64,000 nucleotides of DNA from Bacteroidota bacterium (lineage in GTDB: Bacteria > Bacteroidota > Bacteroidia > JAADEI01), in the NCBI GenBank assembly GCA_026992635.1, contig JALWYU010000040.1, positions 1,920 through 65,919 of the forward strand, written 5' to 3'. The first letter of the stretch is position 1. The number at the start of each line of letters is the position of its first letter. Under the pieces are notes generated by a model, which did no database searches, was not told where the DNA came from, and saw nothing but the letters and a program-made list of their open reading frames with translations. Below are positions 39,057 to 48,808 of the stretch, one piece after another. The position numbers and the translations under genes were made by a program.

Positions 39057-41532
39057 GCCTCCCACCTTTTTGTTTCGCACCCAAAGAAGAAGAAGCCGAC
39101 GATCCCGCTCGCATCACCGAACCTTGCCCGTATGAACCGCGCAAGCCACTGCCCCCAGAACCCAACCCCGACGAACGCGAACCCACCGAGTAATAGTACG
39201 ACGAGTACGAATACCCATAATACCGATACAACACCCGCGAAACCCCATTCAGAATGAACCCCTCCAGCTGTCCACCTACCTCCACCAACTCCTCCACATC
39301 ATGATACAACTGCGCAAACGAACTTTTTCCAGTGCGAACCACATAAATAAACCGCGTCCACGGATGAATCCACGTCTTGCAATCGCCACCCACACTCCAT
39401 GGCGGCAAATCCACTACAACCCATTGATACAGGCGACTCCACACACCTAACAACCGCAAATGCACCTTCTGATGAAGCAATTCCAGTGCCCGAGCACTGG
39501 TTTCCCCACCCACCAGCAGCGCATCCAGAAAAACCGACTGACTGCCAGGAACACGCAACCGATGAACCGCACGCCCTATCCGATCCGTCCACTCGTCCCC
39601 ATCTACCGCATCCCCTCCTTCCTGAACTTGCTCCATCAACCGATACCACGGATACACAACCTCCGAAATACCCAACCGCTCATGAAACGCCGACCGACGC
39701 AAATCCCCTTCTACGAGCAGAACCGACTGACCCGCTCGCGCTAACCCATACGCCAGATTCAACGCAATAAACGTTTTGCCTTCACCTGGCTGCGACGACG
39801 TAACAAGCAAAATGCGCGCAGGCTCTACACTCCGCAACCGATGCACAAACGTCATTGCCAGATTGTCAAAAATGTCCTTTTGCAACAATGAAGCGCGCCA
39901 GCTCCGCATAGAAAGGTACGGAACCACACCCAGTACCGGCTGAAAACCATGACTGCGCAAATCCTCCACCGTATACACCCTGTCACTGAAAAAGTACAGG
40001 AAAAGCAAATGGCACAACGCCAGTAACAACGCCACACCCAGAGCAAACGCATACGCCTCACGCACCCGAGGATACACCGGCAAAAACGAACTGGTGGGCT
40101 GAGCAACCACTTCAAAGGGTGCGGGCAAACTCACACGCGCAATCTCTATTTCCGTCAGCCGACGCAACAACTCATGATACTGCTCCTGCAAAAACTGGAG
40201 ATCGCCCGCCATGAGAAATGTATCCGGCAGGGCACGCACACGCGTGCCCGACACCCCCTCTAACGCACGAACCAGCACCTGACGCTCCTCACGAACCTGC
40301 CGCCGTAAACTTTCCAAAAGCCGAATTAACATCTGGCGAACCAGCCGAACCTCCTCCCGTAACTGACGAACTAACGGATGATCCGAACGATACCGCATCT
40401 GCTCCAGCCGCTCTATCTCCCGAACCTTCTGCCACCACTGATCCACCAGCACACGCACCTCCCTGTCCTCCGGTAAATACGGATAGATTTCCAGCGGCAA
40501 AAGATTGGTATCGGTCGCCAACCACTCCAGCACCATGGTTAACGTCGCCTCCTGCATCTGAAGACGACGAATGCGACGCGCCAAAAACACGGGATGGGCA
40601 CTCGTATCTATAGGCATCGGCGCTGACCCTTGCTGGCGCAAGCGCTCACGCTGAACATACGGGAGCAACGCCTCTATCTCTTCTCGCAACACCGACAGCC
40701 GACCGCGCAAATACTCTTCTGCGCGCTTCAACTGACTTTGCTGATGATGACGGGCATACGCATCCAGCGCATGAATGAAAACCTCCAGGTGCCGGCGCGC
40801 ACGCAACGCATTGGTGCTCTTCAAACGCAACGTGAATAAACCAGGAAATGCCGGATCCGACTCAATCTCCACATTGTCCAGCAACCACCGGGCATACTCC
40901 CCCGGCGGATACACCTCCAGCTGATATCCATGCTGAGCCAGCGTACGACACGCACCACGCAAACTATCTATCACCACCTCCAGACAACTCTCACGCAAGG
41001 TATCCCCCCAGACCACGCGCACAACTTTACTGATCACCCGACTCTGAATCAGAACCTCCACTTCCCCACAATGCCCGCCCTCCTGAATCGTAAGCACCAC
41101 AGGTACCTGACACGTAAAAACCGAAAACGAAACACGCATCGGTACATTGTGCACTTCCGTACGCCCCAAAAAACCCTTTGTATACAGCAAAACGGTGGGC
41201 GAATCCAGACGCTTCCGTAAAAAGTGAATCAGCTCCGACGAACGAAACCGACGCTGAACCTGACGCAACCACTGTGCCGTCAACTGCTCACGCAACGCCG
41301 GTACCGACGCCAATAAGTCCTCCTCAGAAAACGTATTGACACTCAGTAAAATCTGTGCCCTCGCCTCATAAATGGGCGGCGTGTACCGCAACCACAAAAA
41401 CGCAGACAACAACGACAACACCAACAACGCACCATACACGTACCAGTTCTTGCGAAACAGGTCATACAGAATCTCCCAGCGAAACCACCGTCCCCGATTG
41501 TCCAACCCCGATAAGCGGACACCCGCCGCCAT
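39049..41532 (-). CDS. polysaccharide chain-length determinant / tyrosine autokinase (Wzc/GumC-like)
   Basis: An N-terminal Wzz-like TM plus coiled region is followed by the kinase Walker A SSQPGEGKTFIALNLA and VLLVEGDLRR. The C-terminal tyrosine cluster is YRYYGYSYSSYYYS. Confidence 0.85.
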   Translation of the reverse strand: MAAGVRLSGLDNRGRWFRWEILYDLFRKNWYVYGALLVLSLLSAFLWLRYTPPIYEARAQILLSVNTFSEEDLLASVPALREQLTAQWLRQVQRRFRSSELIHFLRKRLDSPTVLLYTKGFLGRTEVHNVPMRVSFSVFTCQVPVVLTIQEGGHCGEVEVLIQSRVISKVVRVVWGDTLRESCLEVVIDSLRGACRTLAQHGYQLEVYPPGEYARWLLDNVEIESDPAFPGLFTLRLKSTNALRARRHLEVFIHALDAYARHHQQSQLKRAEEYLRGRLSVLREEIEALLPYVQRERLRQQGSAPMPIDTSAHPVFLARRIRRLQMQEATLTMVLEWLATDTNLLPLEIYPYLPEDREVRVLVDQWWQKVREIERLEQMRYRSDHPLVRQLREEVRLVRQMLIRLLESLRRQVREERQVLVRALEGVSGTRVRALPDTFLMAGDLQFLQEQYHELLRRLTEIEIARVSLPAPFEVVAQPTSSFLPVYPRVREAYAFALGVALLLALCHLLFLYFFSDRVYTVEDLRSHGFQPVLGVVPYLSMRSWRASLLQKDIFDNLAMTFVHRLRSVEPARILLVTSSQPGEGKTFIALNLAYGLARAGQSVLLVEGDLRRSAFHERLGISEVVYPWYRLMEQVQEGGDAVDGDEWTDRIGRAVHRLRVPGSQSVFLDALLVGGETSARALELLHQKVHLRLLGVWSRLYQWVVVDLPPWSVGGDCKTWIHPWTRFIYVVRTGKSSFAQLYHDVEELVEVGGQLEGFILNGVSRVLYRYYGYSYSSYYYSVGSRSSGLGSGGSGLRGSYGQGSVMRAGSSASSSLGAKQKGGRHA

Positions 41533-41567
41533 CCCACGCCACCTTTCACCGCTTCACCACTGCCACA

Positions 41568-42383
41568 CTAAGGAACACCAACCGTGACCAGCAACACCAC
41601 CGTCAACAGCAACGAAGACAAACTGGAAAGCATCGTCAACACAGGATACACCTCCCGACTCAATAACCGCGAAGGACTCCACGCCGGATATACATGCACA
41701 ATGTCCCCATCATAAATGGGAATGTACGCATACATTGCCCGCTCAACCCGACGCAAATCAACCTCCTGCACATACACAACAGAGTCTATACGACGCAAAA
41801 TCCGAATCTGACGGGCACGCGTCCACGCCGGTAGCCCACCCGCCGCCACCACCACCTCAATCAACGGAACACCCTGCTTATCCAGCGAAACCACCTTCGC
41901 ACCCTCCACACCCAAAACCACATACGCCTTCCGATGCACACGCCGCACCACAACCATCGGCAACCGATAATACCGACTGTACAGCGTTTCCAGACGATGA
42001 CGCGCCGCCTCCAGCGACAAACCTGCCAACCGCACAACACCCACCAGCGGCAGCGCAACCATCCCCTCCTCCGAAACCTCATAATGCACATCCGACGAAA
42101 CTCCACTACTCCCTCCTCCCGTATTCCGCTCTATGAGGTCAATCCCCTCAGACGGATACACCTGAATCAAAAGCACGTCGCCCGGACGAATCACCTCACG
42201 CACCACTGGCAATGAGTCTGTATACCGAACCGAACCCCGGGGCGCACCCCCCGAAATCGGCGTGCCCAAAAACATCGCCTCCGGAAAAAAAGCACGACAA
42301 CCCCACAACAAACCCAAACCCATCACACCACACAAAACCAACCCACGCCAATCGGTTTCCAGAGCAGCCCCCGCCTTCACCAT
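41568..42383 (-). CDS. polysaccharide export protein (Wza-like, Poly_export plus SLBB)
   Basis: IRPGDVLLIQVYP, GMVALPLVGVVRLAGLSLEAARHRLE and VLGVEGAKVVSL...LIEVVVAAGGL are present. It lies upstream of the wzc-like gene. Confidence 0.75.
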   Translation of the reverse strand: MVKAGAALETDWRGLVLCGVMGLGLLWGCRAFFPEAMFLGTPISGGAPRGSVRYTDSLPVVREVIRPGDVLLIQVYPSEGIDLIERNTGGGSSGVSSDVHYEVSEEGMVALPLVGVVRLAGLSLEAARHRLETLYSRYYRLPMVVVRRVHRKAYVVLGVEGAKVVSLDKQGVPLIEVVVAAGGLPAWTRARQIRILRRIDSVVYVQEVDLRRVERAMYAYIPIYDGDIVHVYPAWSPSRLLSREVYPVLTMLSSLSSLLLTVVLLVTVGVP

Positions 42384-42501
42384 GCTCCTGTCTGTTCAGC
42401 AAAAAAGCAACCACAACCCAGAAGCTCCTCCGCCAACTCTACTATTGAGGGAACCGTTTTTTTGCCATTTCGGTTTCTCCTTTTTGAAAAATGCACCTTC
42501 C

Positions 42502-42999
42502 ATGTCGCCAGAACAACCTGCCCGCCAAAATCGTAAATCCCGAGCCGGCGTGCTCATCCTCATACTGGTAATTGGCATAGCCATCGCACTGGTCGCAATT
42601 CAGACCAATTTCTTAGGACGCGCCAAATCGCACAATCCCCAGCAACCACAAACCTCCAGGCAAAGCACACTGGAAAATGTCTCCGCCCAGCAATTCTACC
42701 AGCTGGTCCAGAAAAACCAGTGCATCGTCCTGGACGTCCGTACCGCACAGGAATACCAGCAGGGGCATATCCCTGGCGCGAAAAACATAGACTTTTACAG
42801 CGATTCTTTCCGCCAGGTATTAAGCCGGTTGCCCCGGGATACCGCCTATTGTGTATACTGTCGCTCGGGTAGACGAAGCACGATCACTGCTCAGCAAATG
42901 GCACGGATGGGCTTCCACCAGATCTACAACCTCCAGGGCGGAATCCTCCAGTGGCAACGACACCGCTACCCCTTGCAGAAAGGCAGTTCAACCCGTTAA
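42502..42999 (+). CDS. membrane-anchored rhodanese-domain sulfurtransferase
   Basis: ATG at 42502. TM segment GVLILILVIGIAIALVAI. VLDVRTAQEYQQGHIPGAKNI is present. The active-site loop is YCRSGRRS. Confidence 0.8.
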   Translation: MSPEQPARQNRKSRAGVLILILVIGIAIALVAIQTNFLGRAKSHNPQQPQTSRQSTLENVSAQQFYQLVQKNQCIVLDVRTAQEYQQGHIPGAKNIDFYSDSFRQVLSRLPRDTAYCVYCRSGRRSTITAQQMARMGFHQIYNLQGGILQWQRHRYPLQKGSSTR

Positions 43000-43045
43000 T
43001 CCACACCTCCTGCCAGCCCTTTGCTCTCCCTGTCAGCACAAAGCA

Positions 43046-43597
43046 ATGGAATTCTCCTCAGCAATCCCTACCGGAGAAGAAAATGAACAGGCACGCCACG
43101 AACGCTTCCTCCGATTCTGGCAAAACATCCCTTTATCCACAGGCAAGCCCTACCCCGATACAAGGCTCTGGGACCACAGCCGACAGCAATGGCGCCGATC
43201 CACGCCCGAAGAAATCATTCGCCAGCACGTGCTCTATTGCTTAGAAGCGTTCTTTGAAGTGCCCCGCCTCTACATCAGCACCGAAACTGCACTGCGCCAC
43301 TTTGCCCGAAACCGATACCCCACACGCGAACGTGCCGACGTCCTCGTCCTGGATAAAACCCTTCATCCCGCCCTCCTCGTAGAGTGCAAAGCACCGTCAA
43401 TACCCCTGAACTGGACAGTGATGCAACAGGCACTGACTTACCTGCGCCATATCCCCGTCTACCTGCTATGGCTCACCAACGGCAAGCACCACTGGATGGC
43501 ACAGCGTGTCAGTCCACGAACATGGCAACCCATCTCCTTCTTACCGGTATGGCGTACCTGGGAACCCCCCTCCTTCCTACAGAACACGACCGGCTGA
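43046..43597 (+). CDS. type I restriction enzyme HsdR N-terminal-domain-like protein (stand-alone)
   Basis: RADVLVLDKTLHPALLVECKAPSIPL is a PD-(D/E)XK-like core typical of HSDR_N_2 proteins. The ATG is at 43046. Confidence 0.6.
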   Translation: MEFSSAIPTGEENEQARHERFLRFWQNIPLSTGKPYPDTRLWDHSRQQWRRSTPEEIIRQHVLYCLEAFFEVPRLYISTETALRHFARNRYPTRERADVLVLDKTLHPALLVECKAPSIPLNWTVMQQALTYLRHIPVYLLWLTNGKHHWMAQRVSPRTWQPISFLPVWRTWEPPSFLQNTTG

Positions 43598-43634
43598 CGC
43601 ATCTCCACCCGACCACACAGAAAATCCCACGAAC

Positions 43635-44465
43635 GTGGCAAGCCCAATTGCTATTCGCCATACCCTGCGCACCTTTGCCCTGCTCATCACCTATATGGAG
43701 GAAATCCAGCGGGAACCCTTCCCTGACTACCACCCGCCCTTCCACGAACTCTTCTCCAGCTTCGCATCCATTTACTATGCTGTGGGGCGCCTGACCCTCC
43801 ACTGGTTTGACCACACACGCCCTTTGCCTGTCCCTCCCCTGCCCGGACTATCCGCCCTCCAGGAAGACCTCCAGTACATTCAGCGCCTCTCCAGTCAGAT
43901 TCCCCTTTCAACCAGCGTTGCACCCCCTGACCTGCCCCTGCCCCAACCAGCACCCACAACACCACCGCCACCCCAAAACGAAACTTCCTGGCTGACAATC
44001 GCCCAGCACCTCCTCAACTATCTGATCACCCCCGAAACCTTCCACCACTTAGAAGAACTCACGCCCTGGGCTGAACCCCTCACCCAGGAAACCCTCCACT
44101 GGCTCACACTCCGCACGACACGACATATCACCTACTCGCCCATCGCACGACTCTACACGGACAAACCCTTCCTGATGGAATTGCTCACCCAGCGCCAGCA
44201 CCACTTAGACCAGCTCCACACCTGGATCCACCAGGAAGTGGCTGCCCGCTGGGCACTGACACGACTCGCCACCATAGACCGACTGCTCATCACCTTAGCC
44301 CTCACTGAACACCTCTTGATTCGCGAGCCCACCCCCCTGCCCGTCATCCTCCGGGAATACGGCGACCTCGCCAATGAATACTCCTTAGCCGATAGCCCTC
44401 GGTTCATCCATGGCGTCCTCCATGGCATCCTGGAAACACTCAACCAATCCACCTCTACTTCATAA
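43635..44465 (+). CDS. nusB: transcription antitermination factor NusB (long Bacteroidota form)
   Basis: IAIRHTLRTFALLITY is the NusB N-terminus. DRLLITLALTEHLLIREPTPLPVILREYGDLANEYSLADSPRFIHGVLHGIL is the C-terminus. The in-frame GTG at 43635 follows the upstream stop. Confidence 0.7.
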   Translation: MASPIAIRHTLRTFALLITYMEEIQREPFPDYHPPFHELFSSFASIYYAVGRLTLHWFDHTRPLPVPPLPGLSALQEDLQYIQRLSSQIPLSTSVAPPDLPLPQPAPTTPPPPQNETSWLTIAQHLLNYLITPETFHHLEELTPWAEPLTQETLHWLTLRTTRHITYSPIARLYTDKPFLMELLTQRQHHLDQLHTWIHQEVAARWALTRLATIDRLLITLALTEHLLIREPTPLPVILREYGDLANEYSLADSPRFIHGVLHGILETLNQSTSTS

Positions 44466-44486
44466 CCCCAAACTACGCCTGCCCCC

Positions 44487-46154
44487 ATGACATCGCTCGC
44501 TACTTTCATTACCCGGGTGCGCCTGGGGCTCATCCCCGCCTTCGCACTGCCCATCCTGAGCATTGCCCAGCCCGTGCGCCCACCCTACAACCCATGCACA
44601 CTCCGCCAGTATCACCTTACAGTTGCTTTTACCGACCTCCTGAAGGGAGCCATCCACGGAACTGCCCAGATCACCTTCCAGTGCCCATCCAGACGACCAG
44701 CCCAATCCCTCACACTCTGGCTACATCCCACCTACCAGATAGACACCCTCTACGTCACAGCGCCCCAAGTACTACTCAGCACCCCCGCCACCTTCCGTCG
44801 CAAACACAACCAGATCCACATCCAGATGTCCACATCCCTGCGCAGACTTTTCCGACAATCTCCTTCTTTTTTCACTCAGCCCCTCACCATTACCGTTCAA
44901 TGGCATGGGACTTTGCCCCGATCGGAACGACCACCCTGGCAGCCCGGCGCCACCATCACGCAAGACCCCTCTGGAGCACCCTGGCTGGCTATCGCCGTCC
45001 AATCTGGCGGAGGCAACTACTGGTATCCATCCTGGGAACAACTGGCAGACCCTCCCGAAACCACCTACATCACATTCATCGTGCCCGACTCCCTTATGGC
45101 AATCAGCAACGGACAGCTCCTACAGACCACTCAGCCTACACCCCACACCCGCGCTTACACCTGGCGCGTCTCCTACCCCATCCACCACTACAACATCACC
45201 TTCTACGTGGGTAAATACGTCTGTCAGGACTCCGTCCTGCCGCCCTTGCCACCGCACAACACATCACCCACTCACCACTACCAGCAACGACCACCACTGC
45301 AGGTCACACTCTGCCTCTTGCAAAGTACCTGGAAGAGTACGCCCGACTCCATCCTGCAAACCTTCTTCCACAAAGACATACCCCATACCCTCTATGCCCT
45401 GGAACGCCTGTGGGGCCCCTACCCCTTCGTGCGCGATGGGTTCAAACTCGTAGAAGCCCCCTACTGGGGCATGGAACATCAAAGCGCCATTGCCTATGGC
45501 AACCACTTCCAGAAAAATGGCGCACCCAGCACCTGCCCCTTTGACTTTATCCTCCTCCACGAAAGCGCCCACGAATGGTGGGGCAATGCCTTAGGTGGGG
45601 CAACTCCTCGCGACCTCTGGCTGCACGAATCCCTTGCAACTTACAGCGAAGTCGCATACGTCTCACAGCAATGTGGCGACAGTGCCCGCCTCCGCTACCT
45701 GCAGGCGCTCAAACGGCGCATCCACAACGAATACAGCCTCTACAGCCCCAAGCGCAAAAAGAATCCCTTCATTGACACGGACATCTACTTCAAAGGTGCG
45801 TGGATCTGGCAAACTTTGTGGTTTGTCAGCCAGGGACGTATAGACACCATCCTGTCTGAACTCCTCTATGCGCATTTCCCGGAAAACCCCCGGATCACAA
45901 CCCGCCAGCTCCTCCAATTCATCCATCAAAACCTGGGCAAAGAATACAGCTCAGTTTTGCGTGGTTACCTCCGTGCACGTAGCCTGCCACACATCCATGT
46001 GTCCAGGAAACGCGAGGCGTGGCGTATTCGGGTCCGCCGCCTGGGCTGGCTTGGGAACCGTGCTCTGGCAACCCTCCTTGAACAGCGCGCACGCTCATCG
46101 CCTCTTCCCCCTGCCTTAGACCAGTACATCCTGGGGGTGATCCACGAACATTAA
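44487..46154 (+). CDS. M1-family zinc metallopeptidase
   Basis: The signal-like N-terminus is followed by the GMEHQ exopeptidase-like motif. The zinc-binding motif is LLHESAHEWWGNALGGATPRDLWLHESLATY (HEXXH-X18-E). Confidence 0.8.
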   Translation: MTSLATFITRVRLGLIPAFALPILSIAQPVRPPYNPCTLRQYHLTVAFTDLLKGAIHGTAQITFQCPSRRPAQSLTLWLHPTYQIDTLYVTAPQVLLSTPATFRRKHNQIHIQMSTSLRRLFRQSPSFFTQPLTITVQWHGTLPRSERPPWQPGATITQDPSGAPWLAIAVQSGGGNYWYPSWEQLADPPETTYITFIVPDSLMAISNGQLLQTTQPTPHTRAYTWRVSYPIHHYNITFYVGKYVCQDSVLPPLPPHNTSPTHHYQQRPPLQVTLCLLQSTWKSTPDSILQTFFHKDIPHTLYALERLWGPYPFVRDGFKLVEAPYWGMEHQSAIAYGNHFQKNGAPSTCPFDFILLHESAHEWWGNALGGATPRDLWLHESLATYSEVAYVSQQCGDSARLRYLQALKRRIHNEYSLYSPKRKKNPFIDTDIYFKGAWIWQTLWFVSQGRIDTILSELLYAHFPENPRITTRQLLQFIHQNLGKEYSSVLRGYLRARSLPHIHVSRKREAWRIRVRRLGWLGNRALATLLEQRARSSPLPPALDQYILGVIHEH

Positions 46155-46160
46155 GCCCTG

Positions 46161-47282
46161 TCACGAGTTCTTCCGTTTTGACAGCCCACCCGTTCGCAAC
46201 CGTTCCAGTAACCACGAAAAGAATCTCTCTTCGTCCCGAATGACAAAATCCAGAGGATGCACCCAGATATGGTCAGCCAGTCCAGACCGCCACAGCCACT
46301 CCCGCCAGACATACAGGCGAACCGCATCTTTTTCAGTGCACAGGATCAGGCTCTTCTCATCTGCTATCCACTGGCGCCACCTCCGTAAATCCCGCTCGCC
46401 AAACCAGTGATGATCCCGATAGCGGAACACCGTCAGCGTGCACCCCTGTCGCCCACACCATTCCCGCCAGAACGCAATCCACGACGCCGGATCCGCAATG
46501 CCCGCAACCAGTAAAATGCGCTGAACCCTTTTCTGGACTTCCCGCCAGCTGTACAATTCCCCGGTGGACCCGCCTGCTCCTCCTTCCCGAAAATAGACTG
46601 TAAGGGGCAGGGGGTCGCCCTCCCAACGCTCCGCTACCCACCAGGGAAAACGACGACGCCACCCCTCGGGCACAACCGCCAGAACCTCTTCGTGGGAAAG
46701 ACCTGGCGGAACATGCGTCATCAGGCACGCATCCACACGCTGCAGGGCATCGGAGGTGTCGCGCAGCCTGCCTGCAGGCAACAACCTGTCCCGCCACGGA
46801 AAGCACCCCCACCGAACCGCAAGAAGCATCACATCGGGCGCAACACGACGATGCTGCAATAAATCGTCGGCAACAACCACCTGAACTGAAGAACGCGCAC
46901 ACAGCAATGCGATTGCCTGGCGCCGGTCCTTCCCACTGACGGTGGGCGCGCGCGTCCGCCACCACAGCAAGAAAGCCTCATCGCCCACGTCCCGTGGGTC
47001 GCTGTCCGCCTCCACATAGTGGACACCGCGCCGGCGCTTCCGATACCCATGGCTGAGTACACCCGGAACAACACCTCTGTTTTGCAACCCCCTGACTATG
47101 GCAATCGTCAATGGGGTTTTGCCACTGCCCCCTACGGATAGGTTGCCCACGCCTACTACAGGCAAGGGCGAACGCCACACCGGAAGCCACCCATGGTCAT
47201 ACAGCCAGTGGCGCACCCGAACACCCCACCCATATAACCAGGCAACCGGCAACAACAACCCGCGAAACCACCTTCCCGCCAT
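46161..47282 (-). CDS. lpxK: tetraacyldisaccharide 4'-kinase
   Basis: VVGVGNLSVGGSGKTP is the P-loop, followed by ...LSHGYRKR. The ATG at 47282 (MAGRWFRGLLLPVAWLYGW) is preferred over 47339. Confidence 0.85.
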   Translation of the reverse strand: MAGRWFRGLLLPVAWLYGWGVRVRHWLYDHGWLPVWRSPLPVVGVGNLSVGGSGKTPLTIAIVRGLQNRGVVPGVLSHGYRKRRRGVHYVEADSDPRDVGDEAFLLWWRTRAPTVSGKDRRQAIALLCARSSVQVVVADDLLQHRRVAPDVMLLAVRWGCFPWRDRLLPAGRLRDTSDALQRVDACLMTHVPPGLSHEEVLAVVPEGWRRRFPWWVAERWEGDPLPLTVYFREGGAGGSTGELYSWREVQKRVQRILLVAGIADPASWIAFWREWCGRQGCTLTVFRYRDHHWFGERDLRRWRQWIADEKSLILCTEKDAVRLYVWREWLWRSGLADHIWVHPLDFVIRDEERFFSWLLERLRTGGLSKRKNS

Positions 47283-47399
47283 TGCATCCTGATTCAAAAC
47301 TTGCCAAACCCCGCACATAATCCTCCGAGCATTCTCCAAAAGTTTTGGCTTTTGGGATAAGTTATTCTATGAGCGTACGCTGAAAATCGGTGAAGCGTC

Positions 47400-47630
47400 A
47401 TGTGCAGGCAAGCAATGCGGTTGTTGGGAAGTGCACTGTTTGCTTTGAGCCTGTTGCTGGTGTTCGCCCAGTGCAAGAACCAGGGTAGCGGTCAGGGTGA
47501 GGCAACGAATAGCCAGCCCACCGAAGCCGTCCAGACGCAGGAAGGGGGTGAGGGTACGGACGCCCAGGGCGGCGCGATGAAATGTGCGCCGGGCAAGTGC
47601 CAGGCAGGAAAGTGTGGCGGCGGCAAATAA
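47400..47630 (+). CDS. small secreted/lipoprotein-like peptide with C-terminal KC-x2-GKC-x2-GKC-GGGK motif
   Basis: The signal peptide is MRLLGSALFALSLLLVFAQC. A Gly/Gln/Glu-rich linker leads to the C-terminus AMKCAPGKCQAGKCGGGK. The gene is G-rich within a C-rich neighbourhood. Confidence 0.55.
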   Translation: MCRQAMRLLGSALFALSLLLVFAQCKNQGSGQGEATNSQPTEAVQTQEGGEGTDAQGGAMKCAPGKCQAGKCGGGK

Positions 47631-47647
47631 GCACCGCCCCGGTGAGC

Positions 47648-48259
47648 ATGGCGGTTTCCAGACACACAGACCTGAAGCGGCGACGCTTCCTCCTCACGGC
47701 ATTCTGGAGCTGGGTGGCTACCCCCTTCCTGTGGCAACAAACTGCCTGTCTCAACAGAAAGTCCAGACCTTCTTCGGGGCAGACGGATGGGGGCGCCACA
47801 CCCTGCGCCAATTCCCAATCCTGTCTGCCCAAACCTGAAACCGTCTATGCCGTGTACGAAACGCTGTGGCCACCCAGCTCCTCCATTCCCTCAGTGGACG
47901 AGATTGGCGTCGTCCACCACTTCTTCTGGACAGTTCAGGATGAGCAGTTTGACCCCGATATCCGCCAGTGGCTCCTCACCGGCTTCCACAAACTACCTGC
48001 CGCCTTCGCAAAGTGGAACCTTTCTTTGCGCACGCGCATCATCCAGCGAATCGCCCAAACTGGAGAGGGGCACCGCTGGCTCGTCCACCTCACCACCCTC
48101 CTCATTGAAGCCCTCCTTACCCACCCCATCTATGGCGTGAACAAACAGCGGTGTGGCTGGAACTGGCTGGACATCTACCCGGGAATACCCCCTCCCGACG
48201 AACAAACCCGATACCCCGACCTGCTCGCCCATGCCGCCAACCCCTCCACCACCACTTAA
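47648..48259 (+). CDS. gluconate 2-dehydrogenase subunit-3-family protein with twin-arginine signal
   Basis: The ATG is at 47648. The Tat motif is MAVSRHTDLKRRRFLLTAF. The C-terminus LLTHPIYGVNKQRCGWNWLDIYPG is typical of the family. Confidence 0.72.
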   Translation: MAVSRHTDLKRRRFLLTAFWSWVATPFLWQQTACLNRKSRPSSGQTDGGATPCANSQSCLPKPETVYAVYETLWPPSSSIPSVDEIGVVHHFFWTVQDEQFDPDIRQWLLTGFHKLPAAFAKWNLSLRTRIIQRIAQTGEGHRWLVHLTTLLIEALLTHPIYGVNKQRCGWNWLDIYPGIPPPDEQTRYPDLLAHAANPSTTT

Positions 48260-48345
48260 AGTGCCTCCACTGACACTGGCATATGCTTCAAATGGCACGA
48301 TAAGGGTCCTTTGCCAGCACTGACAGGTGCCTCCCACAGCACCTC

Positions 48346-48367
48346 AAAGTGCCTGCTCAGGCACTTT
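48346..48367. promoter_or_regulatory. isolated perfect palindrome AAAGTGCC-TGCTCA-GGCACTTT (same half-sites as the downstream array)
   Basis: Read directly from the sequence: 8-bp arms and a 6-bp spacer. Confidence 0.9.
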
Positions 48368-48456
48368 GCCTGCGATTCCTGACACGCGACCCTGCCTCTG
48401 ATGGCACTATTAAGTGGCACCATTAGCTCTGGTAAGTGCCCCTACCCACACCCTGT

Positions 48457-48808
48457 AGTGCCTCCCACGGCACCCTCTAGTGCCTCCCACGGCACCCTCT
48501 AGTGCCTCCCATGGCACCCCTCAGTGCCTCTCATGGCACCCTCTAGTGCCTCCCACGGCACCCTCTAGTGCCTCTCATGGCACCCCTCAGTGCCTCTCAT
48601 GGCACCCCTCAGTGCCTCCCACGGCACCCCTCAATGCCTCTCATGGCACCCTCTAGTGCCTCTCATGGCACCCTCTAGTGCCTCTCACGGCACCCCTCAG
48701 TGCCTCTCATGGCACCCTCTAGTGCCTCTCACGGCACCCCTCAGTGCCTCTCATGGCACCCTCTAGTGCCTCCCACGGCACCCCTCAGTGCCTCTCACGG
48801 CACCCTCT
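48457..48808. repeat. tandem array of sixteen 22-bp units (AGTGCC-TCYCAY-GGCAC-CCTCT/CCCTC); degenerate copies extend to 48258 and 48830
   Basis: All 16 units were aligned by hand with no length variation. Only four positions vary. Stop codons occur in all frames. Confidence 0.97.

Noticed and set aside
48457-48808. Possible CRISPR array
   Set aside because: The units are contiguous 22-bp repeats with no unique spacers. Variation is limited to four positions, and no cas genes are present in the window.
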